Of a stretch of 64,000 bases of DNA, positions 19,267 through 28,277 are shown piece after piece. The DNA lies in assembly GCA_041484665.1 (NCBI GenBank), contig JBGPIA010000004.1:96001-160000 (forward strand). The letters are read 5' to 3'. Position 1 is the stretch's first letter, and each line of letters opens with the position of its first letter. The notes under the pieces are model-generated. The model saw only the letters and a program-made list of their open reading frames with translations, made no database searches and was not told the DNA's origin. A program made the position numbers and the translations under genes. This DNA comes from Candidatus Krumholzibacteriia bacterium. GTDB lineage: Bacteria > Krumholzibacteriota > Krumholzibacteriia > JAJRXK01.

Positions 19267-21909
19267 CTAGAAGGTGTAATCCAGCTGGAGGCGGAAGGCG
19301 GTGCTCTCGCGGCGGGCATTGTCGCCGTCGATGGGCGAGCCGGACGGATCGTTGAAGCTGCGGATATCGACGTTGGTCTGCGTCAGCCGGCGGTCGTTGG
19401 TGACCTTGAAACGCAACAGCAGCGAGTCGCTCAAGCGGCTGCGCAGCAGGATCCAGTTGCGGAAGCCCTTGCCGTCCACCACCACGAACTCGTTGTCCTC
19501 GAAGTTGAACAGGAACCCATCGTACATCTCGGTGCTGATGGCCACCGTCAGCCCATCGTTCACATTGTGGGTGAGCAGGGCCTGGACCGCCTGCCCGGGG
19601 CTCGCGGCCTGGGCCAGCGGGTTGTTCTGGCTGATCTGGGCCGCTTGCGACAGGCGCGCGCGCGGCGCGAACTGCGTGTTCGTGGAGCTGTAGAGCAGGC
19701 CCAGCTCGTCATAGTCGCTGAGGCGCAGCCGCATCTCCAGGCGGGTGTCCCAGCTCTTGAACTTGCGAAAGTCCTCAGTGCCCATCTCGCTGCGGCTGGA
19801 GAAGCGCTCGCGCAGGCGGAAGCGTACCGGGAAGATGGGTGCGTACTCCAGGCGCGCGGTCCAGCGCCGCTGGTCCTGCTCGTCGGCCACCCGCTTCCAC
19901 TGGTCGTACTCCAGGCCGGAGATGGTGAGCTTGCGCGAGACGCGGTAGCGCGTGGAGAGGAAAAGCCCGCGCTCTGGCTTCATCTGGGGTGTGTCCAGCT
20001 CCAGCCAGGTCAGCACGGGGTTCTGCAGGCGGAAGGGATCGGTGAGCAGCGTCTGCTCGTAGCGCGTGTCGTTGGAGAAGGAGCGGGCGTACGGGTTGTC
20101 GAAGCCCAGGTCGATGGAGCGATACAGCGCCTGGAGCGTGAGATCCTCGTACTGCACCCAGCCGTTGAGCACGAAGGCGTCGGGGGCGGCGCTGAACAGG
20201 CCCTGCAGCCCGCTGTCGGGGCTGCTGTCCAGCTTGGCGTACTCCCCCTGCAGCGCGGCGTTGGCGTAGACGGTCTGGAATTCCGCGCCCACCACGCGGC
20301 GGAACTTGCCCAGGCGCCGGCTGTCGTAGTCGGCGAACAGCTCGCTGTCACGGCTGTCGAGCAGATCGCGGTTGGCGGGAGCGATGAGCGAGTTCACGTC
20401 GGGATTGAAGTGCTTGTCGTAGCGCGCCTCGTACCCGCTGACACCCACGTAGCTCCCGTTGGTGAGCTGCAGCTTGAGGTTGCCGCCATAGACCGTCTCG
20501 TGGAATGCGTCGCGCCGCAGCAGCAGGGGCGTCCCCTCGGCGGTCTGCAGGCCGGCCAGCTCCTCCTCGGTGAGGCGCGGGAGCATGACCACGTACTTGT
20601 TGACCGTGCCGTCGGGATTGAGCAGGCCGTCCTTGTGCCCGTTGCTGTAGAAAGCGACGCCGTGCAAAGGCCCGGCCGAGCCCTCCGCAGCGATTCCCTG
20701 GAGGGCGAACTCGTGGGAGCGGGACAGGTCGCCCAAGAGCGTCTGCGGTCGCTTGTTGAATCCGGTTCCCGTCTTGCGCGGCAGGAAGTAGTCGGTGTTG
20801 TCCATCACCAGGCCCTGCCCGAAGGCGATGCGGTAGTTGCCGACGACCAGGTTCTCCAGCGCCAGCTTGCCGTTCATCTGCGGCTTCCACGAGACGTAGC
20901 CTTTCGCGGTCTCGTTGAGGTGCTCCTCGCCCACGTTGCGGAAGGTCATCAGACCGCCCTTGAGCTCGTTGCCCAGGCGCAGGCGAAGCTTCGTCAGCAG
21001 ACCCGGGTTGGCGTTGTCCAACCCCCGCACGCCCCAAGCGGTGGCGTGCTCGAAGTCCAGGGGGTCAACCCCGGGCTGGGGCTCCACCAGCAGATCCGCG
21101 TCGTCGAGCGTGTAGGGCGTGTCGAAGTACAGAAGCTGCGCGTCACCGCGCAACTCGTCTGCCTTGCGCTGGGGGGGCTGGTAGGTGACGAAGTCGCGCA
21201 GATTGCGGAAGGCGAAGTAGCTGAGCCCGTCGGCGCCGCGCAGCTGGCGCTCGTTCTCGATGCGGCCCGCCAGCTTGCGCGCCTTCAGGATCGCCACGGC
21301 GTCCACCGGCGAGACGTTCTGGAAGGTCTGCAGCTCGTAGAGATTGAGCGTGTTGACATCCTGGGGATCGCGCAGCTGGTCGAGGTACTCCTCGGCCAGC
21401 TCCTCGCTCGCCCCCTCCTGGGCGAGGAACTGCTGGACCTGCCGGAAGCTCGCGTCGTAGCGCTGGAGCGCCTCGTCCTTTGGATCGGGCGGCAGCGTCG
21501 CCACCAGCGGCCACAGCTTGGCCAACAGCTCGGTGGTCACGCCCTCCACCTCGAGCAGGTCCTGCATCGAGCGGAAGAAGCGCACGTACGTGCGGTAGGA
21601 CCAGAGGTTCTGCGCAACCAGCGCCGGCACGGGCAGCTGCTGCAGCTCCTCGAGGGTGGCCCGGTTGACGTCCAGGCGCCCGCGCAGCAGCGCCGCGTTG
21701 GGCTGCTGCGCGCCCACGCGCGGCGAGATCTCGGTGCGCCGCTGCGTCTCCTCCGGCGACTGGGCCCATGCCGGCGCTGCGCGGGCCAGCATGGCCCCGG
21801 TCACTGCGGCGATCAGCGCGGCGGCTCGCACGGCGGCCGGCAGCGTGGCTCGCAGCCCGACCGGCCGCGCGGTCGCGACCGCGGCGCGGATCGCCCCGCG
21901 CACGCTCAC
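19267..21909 (-). CDS. Outer-membrane barrel protein with two N-terminal ComEA-like helix-hairpin-helix modules
   Basis: LDVNRATLEELQQLP...FRSMQDLLEVEGV and DVNTLNLYELQTF...IENERQL..DGL; VGNYRIAFGQGLV; C-terminal FRLQLDYTF. Confidence 0.85.
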   Translation of the reverse strand: MSVRGAIRAAVATARPVGLRATLPAAVRAAALIAAVTGAMLARAAPAWAQSPEETQRRTEISPRVGAQQPNAALLRGRLDVNRATLEELQQLPVPALVAQNLWSYRTYVRFFRSMQDLLEVEGVTTELLAKLWPLVATLPPDPKDEALQRYDASFRQVQQFLAQEGASEELAEEYLDQLRDPQDVNTLNLYELQTFQNVSPVDAVAILKARKLAGRIENERQLRGADGLSYFAFRNLRDFVTYQPPQRKADELRGDAQLLYFDTPYTLDDADLLVEPQPGVDPLDFEHATAWGVRGLDNANPGLLTKLRLRLGNELKGGLMTFRNVGEEHLNETAKGYVSWKPQMNGKLALENLVVGNYRIAFGQGLVMDNTDYFLPRKTGTGFNKRPQTLLGDLSRSHEFALQGIAAEGSAGPLHGVAFYSNGHKDGLLNPDGTVNKYVVMLPRLTEEELAGLQTAEGTPLLLRRDAFHETVYGGNLKLQLTNGSYVGVSGYEARYDKHFNPDVNSLIAPANRDLLDSRDSELFADYDSRRLGKFRRVVGAEFQTVYANAALQGEYAKLDSSPDSGLQGLFSAAPDAFVLNGWVQYEDLTLQALYRSIDLGFDNPYARSFSNDTRYEQTLLTDPFRLQNPVLTWLELDTPQMKPERGLFLSTRYRVSRKLTISGLEYDQWKRVADEQDQRRWTARLEYAPIFPVRFRLRERFSSRSEMGTEDFRKFKSWDTRLEMRLRLSDYDELGLLYSSTNTQFAPRARLSQAAQISQNNPLAQAASPGQAVQALLTHNVNDGLTVAISTEMYDGFLFNFEDNEFVVVDGKGFRNWILLRSRLSDSLLLRFKVTNDRRLTQTNVDIRSFNDPSGSPIDGDNARRESTAFRLQLDYTF

Positions 21910-22841
21910 GGCGCCTCCTCACCCGTGGGCTTGGGGCCCAAGCGCAGGCTCAGGCCCACCTGGTGGCTGCTGTCCAGCACGCCGCCTCCGGTGGAGAAGC
22001 CGTAGTCGAGGGTGACTACCGGCAGATGGATAGCGAAGCCGCCGGTGAGCTTGTTGGGGTCGGTCTCGATCCCCGCTCGCAGGGACAATGCGCTGGTAAT
22101 CCCCATCTCGAGGCCGCCGTGGAAGCGGAAGTCCTGCCCCATCTGTCCGCGCAGGTCGAAGGTCGTGAGCACGTCTTCGTAGGGCTCGTAGCACAGACCC
22201 ACGGCGATCTGCTGGCGCAGCTCCTCGTCGTCCTCGCCGATGGTCGGGTTGTTGAGATTGCGGGTCAGGAAGCCCACGCGCGTACGGTCGTAGACCGTCA
22301 CCATGGCGCCGATGTCCAGGCCCATCGCCCAGTCGCTGCCCGGATCGATGCCCCCGACCGACTGCGCAAATTCCAGGTTGTAGAAGTTGAGCGTCCAGCC
22401 CACCTGCGCCGAGGTGGAGGCGTCACGGAACAGCCGAAAGCCATGCGAGAGCGAGAACGTCTGCTCGGTGGTCAGGCGCACCTCGTCGCCGCCCGCGCCG
22501 TACTTGACGCCGAACCAGCGGTAGCCGAAGGCCACGCCGCCGGCATTACCCGGCAGGCGGGTGGCGGCGCCAAAGGACGTCAGGCGGTTGAAGGCAGTCC
22601 CGTTGGGCTGGACGGTGGCCGTGGCGACCGAGGGCTGCGCGAGCCTGGGCAGACCGGCGGGATTGTAGTAGAAGTCCCACGCGTCATCGGCCACGGCCGT
22701 GCTGGCCTCCCCCATGGCCCGGGCGCGGGGGCTGACGGCCAGGTCTTCGAACGCCGCGCGCGCCCCCGCTGGCAGCAGTAGCGCGCCCGAGACGGTGGCG
22801 GCCAGCAGCAACGCAATTTGACAACGACCCTGTTGCATCAC
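21906..22841 (-). CDS. PorV/PorP(SprF)-like outer-membrane barrel
   Basis: Signal peptide; SPRARAMGEA.TA.ADD...YYNPAGL; GLDIG; LSLRAG; LDYGF..SHQVGLSL. The start may be ATG 22838. Confidence 0.75.
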   Translation of the reverse strand: MMQQGRCQIALLLAATVSGALLLPAGARAAFEDLAVSPRARAMGEASTAVADDAWDFYYNPAGLPRLAQPSVATATVQPNGTAFNRLTSFGAATRLPGNAGGVAFGYRWFGVKYGAGGDEVRLTTEQTFSLSHGFRLFRDASTSAQVGWTLNFYNLEFAQSVGGIDPGSDWAMGLDIGAMVTVYDRTRVGFLTRNLNNPTIGEDDEELRQQIAVGLCYEPYEDVLTTFDLRGQMGQDFRFHGGLEMGITSALSLRAGIETDPNKLTGGFAIHLPVVTLDYGFSTGGGVLDSSHQVGLSLRLGPKPTGEEAP

Positions 22842-22851
22842 CGAGAGCCTC

Positions 22852-25800
22852 CTAGCGTTGCAGCCGCGTGGCGACGACCACCGGCATCTGCATCGTCTGG
22901 ATCCTGCCCGTCGTCCGGTCGCTCACCAGCAGGTGGACCACGTAGGCGCCGGCCTCCACGATCTGCACCGTGTCGTCGCGGCCATCCCAGCTCACCGTGG
23001 CGCGGTTGTTGGTGAAGACGGCCGAAGGGTCGCTGAATCGGCTGTCGTAGAGCGTCTTGCGCAAACGGCCGGTGAGATCGAAGACGCGCAGCAAGACATC
23101 GGATCCCCGCTGCACGACCGTCGCGGGAACGGTGAAGGTGATCGGGTACGCTTCGCCCTCTCGCGGCAGGAATGTCTTGGGCGGGCCGACCAGCGTCACG
23201 AAGTCGATGAGCCCCTCCTCCACCGGGCGCACCACGCCGGGGGCTGCGATGGCGTTGCCCGTCGGGTCCGCCACGCCCGCCACGCGCACCGACCAGCCCT
23301 GCGCGACGGCCAGTTCGGCGGCCAGGCCCAGCACGACTTGGGTCGCGTCCTGACCCGCGCGGGCCGACTGGACCGCCACCGTCTCCGTAGGGACCTGGGT
23401 GCGGTAGACCGTGTAGTGCGCCACGTCCGCGATGGTGGCCGGATCGAGCGCCTCGTTGAACTTCAAGGTGAGCTCGGTTCGCCCCGTGAGGCTGGCGCGC
23501 AGCAGGGTCGGCGGAATGTCGTCGGGCGGCGGCTGATCGGTGATCTCCTCGCGCACACCCACGAGCACCTGGAAATCGCTCTGGAACTGGCTGCCCGCGC
23601 CCGAGGCCCAGATGGTGTTGCCGACGTTGAAGGCCGCTGCGCCCAGCGCGGTGACGACGCGCACGACGATGGGCCCGCTGCCGTCATTGACCGTGTAGTT
23701 GCTCGCCTCGTTGGCAGCGCCGGGGTTGGTGACGCTCTTGGCTACGATCTGCCCGGTGACGCGGATGTAGGTGCCCTCCCACGCGTGGCTCGCGGCGGTG
23801 CCGGTGCTCAGCGGCGTCGGCTTGAGCGGCGTGTTGCCGCCGCTGACCAGCGTCACCTCCGTAATGCCGGTGATCTCGATGGTGGTGAAAAAGGTGTCGA
23901 CCGTCCCCTTCACCAGCACGATGTTTCCTCGGTCCCGCAGGAGCGGGCTGCCGGCCGAGCTGCCGAACAGGTTGACTCCGCGACCCGAGTCATCCTGGAT
24001 GTATCCGGAGGTGGTCGACCCCCGATAGTTGTTCGGGATGTAGACCTGACCCTGGATTGTGACGGCCTGCCCCTTGTAGGTGTGCAGATTGTTGTGGATC
24101 GCAGCGATCGGGATGGCCCCCGACGCCGTGTGCGTGAAGGTGGCCGTGTCGCCGGACCCGGCCACGATGGCATTACCGGCCAGGTCCTGTAGGCCGTGCA
24201 CGCGCACCGTGTAGCCGACGTTCTCGGCGAGGCTGCCGCCCAGGGTCAGAGTGACGCTGATCCCGGATCCGAGGCTGGCCGCGCTCACCGGCACGGTGCT
24301 CGTCGGCTGAACCGTGCGGAAGACCTCGTAATTGGCGGCCAGGTTGGCGGTGGCGCCGGTCACGGCCTCGCTGAAACTCACCAGCACCTGCGAAGCGCTG
24401 GACGCCGCGGCGCTGGTCACAGTTGGGGGCGTGGTGTCGCCGCCGCTGGTGGTCTCGGCGATGTCGCCCACGACCCCCACCAAGACCTGGAAGTCGGTCT
24501 GGAACTGGGCGCCCGCGCCGGCTGCCCGGATCGTCTGTCCGACGTTGAATGCAGGCGCGCCCAGGGCGGTCACCACCCGCACGAGGACGTTTCCGCTGCC
24601 GTCGTTGACCGTATAGTTCGTCGCCTCGTTCGCGGCTCCCGGATTGGTGACGGCCTTGGCCGTGATGGGACCGGTGACGTTGATGTAGGTCCCTTCGTAG
24701 CTCGTGCTGCGCGCGGCTCCCGTGCTCAGGGCCAGGGGCGTCAACGGCACGTTGCCGCCGCTGACCAGCGAGATCTGCGTGAGCGTGACGACCTCGATCG
24801 TCGTGAAGAACGTGTCGACGGTCCCTGTCACCAGCACCACGTTGCCGCGGTTCTGCAGCTGCGGATCGTTGCTCGTGCTGCCGAACAGATTGATCCCCCG
24901 CCCCGAGCCGTCCTGGATGTAGCCCGAGTAGGTCGTGCTGCCGCGATAGTTGCTCGGAATGTAGACCTGCCCCTGGATCGTGACGACCTGCCCCTTGTAG
25001 GTGCGCAGGTTATTCTGGATCGTGGCGATGGGGATGGCGTTGCTAGGTGTGTACGTGAAGGTGGCGCTGTCCCCGGCGCCCGCGGCGACGGCGTTGCCGG
25101 CGAGGTCCTGCACGTTGCTGACACGCACGGTGTGGCCGACGCCAGCCGGGAGCGCGCTGCCCAGGGTCAGGGTCGCAGTGAGCCCGTCCCCCGAAAGGCT
25201 CGCCGCGGTGACCGTCACGGTGTTCGCTGGCGTGGCGGTCTGGAAGACCTGGTAGTTGGCCGCCACCTGGCCCGTGGCAAGCGTGACCGCCTCGCTGAAG
25301 TGCACGACCGCCTGCGTCGCGCTGCTGGCCGAGGCGCTCGTCACGGTCGGAGGCGTGGTGTCCCCCCCGCTCGCCAGGGCGATGTCAAAAGAGTTCCCCA
25401 CCAGGATCTGGTAGTCGGTCTGGAACTGCGCGCCCGCGCCGGCCGCCCGGATCGTCTGTCCGACGTTGAACGCCGGCGCACCGAGCGCGGTGACCACGCG
25501 CACCACGATGTTTCCACTCCCGTCGCTCACCGTGTAGTTGGTCGCCTCGTTCGCAGCGCCCGGGTTGGTGACCGCCTTGGCGCTGATGGTCCCGGACACC
25601 TGGATGTAGGTCCCCTCGTAGCTGTGGCTGGCTGCGGCGCCGGTGCCCAGTTGCACGGGCGTCAACGGTGCGTTCCCCCCGCTGACCAGCGAGATCTGCG
25701 TCAGCGTGACGACCTCGATCGTCGTGAAGAACGTGTCGACGGTCCCTGTCACCAGCACCACGTTGCCGCGGTTCTGCAGCTGCGGATCGTTGGTCGTGCT

Positions 25801-26385
25801 GCCGAACAGATTGATCCCCCGCCCCGAGCCATCCTGGATGTAGCCCGAGTAGGTCGTGCCGCCGCGATAGTTGCTCGGAATGTAGACCTGGCCCTGGATC
25901 GTGACGACCTGCCCCTTGTAGGTGCGCAGATTGTTCTGGATCGTGGCGATCGGGGTGGCGCTCGGTCCGCTGCTGAGCGTGAAGGTCACCGTGCTGCCGG
26001 CCGCGATGGGGTTGCCCTGCAGGTCCTCCACGTTCTGCACGCGCACGGTGTAGCCCGTGCTGCTGGCCAGGTCGCTGCCCAGCGTGAGCGTGGCCACGGC
26101 TGCGTTCACCGAGGCGGCGCTCACCACGACCGTGCTGGCCGGGGTCGCAGTCTCGAAGATCTGGTAGTTCGAGGCAGTACCGCCCGTGAATGGGTCGACC
26201 GACTTGGAGAACGTCACCCGCACGGTGCGCGCGTCGGGCGCCGTGGCGCTCACCAGCGCGGGTGCCTGCGCCCAGACCGCCGGGGGGTCGGCCACCAAGA
26301 GCGCCACGGCGCACAGCAGCAGGAGAGCGGAGAGCGGGCGGGCGATCCGGGGAAACCCGTGGGAGAGAGCACGACGGCTGCGCAA
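22852..26385 (-). CDS. Secreted multidomain protein: 4 Ig-like domains, 3 pairs of OB-fold-like domains, C-terminal FlgD/T9SS-like sorting domain
   Basis: TTG start with AAGGAG RBS; signal peptide ending AVWA-Q; three ~306-aa modules (PIATIQ..GQVVTIQG...YIQDGSGRGINLF...GNVVLVTGTV / YEGTYI.V.G.I...YTVNDGSG..VVRV); CTD LRVFDLTGRLRKTL...WDGRDD...GAYVV. Confidence 0.8.
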   Translation of the reverse strand: MRSRRALSHGFPRIARPLSALLLLCAVALLVADPPAVWAQAPALVSATAPDARTVRVTFSKSVDPFTGGTASNYQIFETATPASTVVVSAASVNAAVATLTLGSDLASSTGYTVRVQNVEDLQGNPIAAGSTVTFTLSSGPSATPIATIQNNLRTYKGQVVTIQGQVYIPSNYRGGTTYSGYIQDGSGRGINLFGSTTNDPQLQNRGNVVLVTGTVDTFFTTIEVVTLTQISLVSGGNAPLTPVQLGTGAAASHSYEGTYIQVSGTISAKAVTNPGAANEATNYTVSDGSGNIVVRVVTALGAPAFNVGQTIRAAGAGAQFQTDYQILVGNSFDIALASGGDTTPPTVTSASASSATQAVVHFSEAVTLATGQVAANYQVFQTATPANTVTVTAASLSGDGLTATLTLGSALPAGVGHTVRVSNVQDLAGNAVAAGAGDSATFTYTPSNAIPIATIQNNLRTYKGQVVTIQGQVYIPSNYRGSTTYSGYIQDGSGRGINLFGSTSNDPQLQNRGNVVLVTGTVDTFFTTIEVVTLTQISLVSGGNVPLTPLALSTGAARSTSYEGTYINVTGPITAKAVTNPGAANEATNYTVNDGSGNVLVRVVTALGAPAFNVGQTIRAAGAGAQFQTDFQVLVGVVGDIAETTSGGDTTPPTVTSAAASSASQVLVSFSEAVTGATANLAANYEVFRTVQPTSTVPVSAASLGSGISVTLTLGGSLAENVGYTVRVHGLQDLAGNAIVAGSGDTATFTHTASGAIPIAAIHNNLHTYKGQAVTIQGQVYIPNNYRGSTTSGYIQDDSGRGVNLFGSSAGSPLLRDRGNIVLVKGTVDTFFTTIEITGITEVTLVSGGNTPLKPTPLSTGTAASHAWEGTYIRVTGQIVAKSVTNPGAANEASNYTVNDGSGPIVVRVVTALGAAAFNVGNTIWASGAGSQFQSDFQVLVGVREEITDQPPPDDIPPTLLRASLTGRTELTLKFNEALDPATIADVAHYTVYRTQVPTETVAVQSARAGQDATQVVLGLAAELAVAQGWSVRVAGVADPTGNAIAAPGVVRPVEEGLIDFVTLVGPPKTFLPREGEAYPITFTVPATVVQRGSDVLLRVFDLTGRLRKTLYDSRFSDPSAVFTNNRATVSWDGRDDTVQIVEAGAYVVHLLVSDRTTGRIQTMQMPVVVATRLQR
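23560..25960. repeat. Three intragenic tandem modules, period 918-921 bp
   Basis: 25681-25950 and 24760-25029 differ at about 7 of 270 positions by hand comparison; a third, more diverged copy lies near 23840-24110. Confidence 0.9.
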
Positions 26386-26509
26386 GAGACCGGCTCCTTG
26401 CCCCGGACCGGCGCGGCCGGCTCGCGGGGATCGGGGTGGGGGCTGGATTCGTCGCGCTGGCGGGCCCGCACGACGGCATCCCGGCAACCGCGCCGGAAGC
26501 GGAAGGGGA

Positions 26510-26538
26510 ACCATAGCACCCGGGCGCAGACCCGTGAA
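26510..26538 (-). promoter_or_regulatory. Candidate sigma70 promoter heading the six-gene operon
   Basis: Minus strand TTCACG-N17-TATGGT with an extended TGn (TGCTATGGT). Confidence 0.45.
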
Positions 26539-26654
26539 GCCCCTCCCGCACGCCGCAGGGAAGGAAGCGGAGGGGTGGAAATCAAGAAAAAGAGGGGCGT
26601 CGCGCGTGCAATGCGTCATGCCGCCCTGGCGAGGCCGGGGCGGCGCGCCTGCGA

Positions 26655-27137
26655 TTAGAAGTGCTTCGCCTCTTCGGCCATCAGGGCGTCGAGGATCCGG
26701 GCGGGCGTCGTCGCGCACCGGACCGCTTTCAAGAACGACTCCATGCGGGCCAGGCGCGAGATGCGCGCGAGCACGCGCAACTGCTGACCGGGCTGGTCCT
26801 TCTGGCCGGCCAACAGGAAGACCAGGTCGACCGGCTCGCCGTCGACGGCGTTGAAGGGGATGGGGCGGGTCAGGCGCGCGATCACCACCAAGCTGCCCAC
26901 GACCGCCTCACTGCGGGCGTGCGGGATGGCGATCCCTCCGCCGATCCCCGTGCTCTCCACCCGCTCGCGAGCGAGCAGGTCGGCCAGCAGCCGCTCCCCA
27001 TCCACGACCTTGCCCAATTCGACCAGACGTCCCACCAGGGAGCGGAGGCACTCCTCGCTGGTTGCGACCGACAGATCGGCGATGACCGTCTCCGGCGACA
27101 CGTAGTTGATGAGCTTCATCGTAGTCTCGTCCGCCAT
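26655..27137 (-). CDS. Second PTS IIA-like (Ntr/Fru family) protein
   Basis: RERVESTGIGGGIAIPHARS; FNAVDGEPVDLVFLL; LARISRL. Start is 27137 or 27119. Confidence 0.88.
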   Translation of the reverse strand: MADETTMKLINYVSPETVIADLSVATSEECLRSLVGRLVELGKVVDGERLLADLLARERVESTGIGGGIAIPHARSEAVVGSLVVIARLTRPIPFNAVDGEPVDLVFLLAGQKDQPGQQLRVLARISRLARMESFLKAVRCATTPARILDALMAEEAKHF

Positions 27138-27180
27138 GGGCGCCCGCGCCGTTGCGCGCCCCAACCAGGAACTCCTGGCA

Positions 27181-28257
27181 CTATCTGGGCGTGGCACCAT
27201 CGTCCTTCGCTTTCAAGAACCGTTCCACGCTGTCGGCGACCTCCGCGAACGCCCGGGCGGAGGCGCTGGCGGGGTGGGCCACGACGACAGGACGGCCGGC
27301 ATCCCCACACTCGCGGACGACCGTCTCGATGGGAACGGCCCCCAGGAAGGGGACGCCGTAACGGTCGCTGGTGCGCTTGCCACCGCCTTTGCCGAAGATC
27401 TCGGTCTCGTTCCCGCAGTGGGAGCAGACGAAGCCGCTCATGTTCTCCACCACACCGATGATCGGAGCGCGGGTCTCCTCGAACATCTGGATGCCGCGCA
27501 CGACATCGATCAGCGCCACGTCCTGGGGGGTGGTGACCATGACCACTCCCGACAGGGGCACCTTCTGCACCAGCGTCAACTGCGCGTCGCCGGTCCCCGG
27601 CGGCAGGTCCACGACCAGAATGTCGAGCTCGCCCCACAGTACGTCGCCAAGGAACTGCGAGACGGCCGCCATGACCATCGGCCCGCGCCAGATCATGGCC
27701 TTCTCCTGGGGAACCAGGAAGCCGATGGACATGTTCCGCACGCCGTGTTTGTCGATGGGGATGATCTTGCGCTCGGCGGTGATCGTGGGCTGCTCATCGA
27801 TGCCCATCATGGTGGGCAGGCTGGGACCGTAGATATCGGCATCCATCAACCCCACCTTCAGCCCCTTGCGCGCCAGCGCGAGCGCCAGGTTGGTCGCCAC
27901 CGTGGACTTGCCCACGCCGCCCTTCGCGCTGGCGACCGCGACGCAGTGGCGGATGCCCGGCAGCATCTGGCGGCCGGACAGCGGATCGGGGGATTTCTGA
28001 GGCGCCTGCTCCTTGCGCCGCAGCTCGAGGCCGACTCGTCCCACGCCGGGCAGGGCGCGTAGCGCAGCCTCGGCGGCGGCGCGGATCTGCTCGACGGACG
28101 CCGGCTCTGCAATGGTGTGCTCGATCACGACGGCGACGTCACGGCCAGTGACCGTAACCTGCCGCACGAGGCCGAACGAGACGATGTCCCGGGAGAACCC
28201 CGGGTACTTCACCGTCCGCAGCGCCTGCTGCACCTGATCCTCGGAGATGTCGGGCAT
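27181..28257 (-). CDS. mrp: Mrp/ApbC (NBP35) Fe-S cluster carrier ATPase
   Basis: N-terminal DUF59-like domain; SAKGGVGKST, DADIYGPS, WRGPM, DLPPGTGDAQL, ENMS..CSHC. Confidence 0.95.
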   Translation of the reverse strand: MPDISEDQVQQALRTVKYPGFSRDIVSFGLVRQVTVTGRDVAVVIEHTIAEPASVEQIRAAAEAALRALPGVGRVGLELRRKEQAPQKSPDPLSGRQMLPGIRHCVAVASAKGGVGKSTVATNLALALARKGLKVGLMDADIYGPSLPTMMGIDEQPTITAERKIIPIDKHGVRNMSIGFLVPQEKAMIWRGPMVMAAVSQFLGDVLWGELDILVVDLPPGTGDAQLTLVQKVPLSGVVMVTTPQDVALIDVVRGIQMFEETRAPIIGVVENMSGFVCSHCGNETEIFGKGGGKRTSDRYGVPFLGAVPIETVVRECGDAGRPVVVAHPASASARAFAEVADSVERFLKAKDDGATPR

Positions 28258-28277
28258 GACCCTCCTTGTTGGCCCGC

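Noticed and set aside
16422..21909. Classical natural-competence locus (comEA/comEC)
   Set aside because: There is no ComEC membrane channel domain, pilin, secretin, comF or dprA here. The MBL is a lipoprotein and is followed by a nucleotidase, which favours nutrition, although a role in transformation is not excluded.
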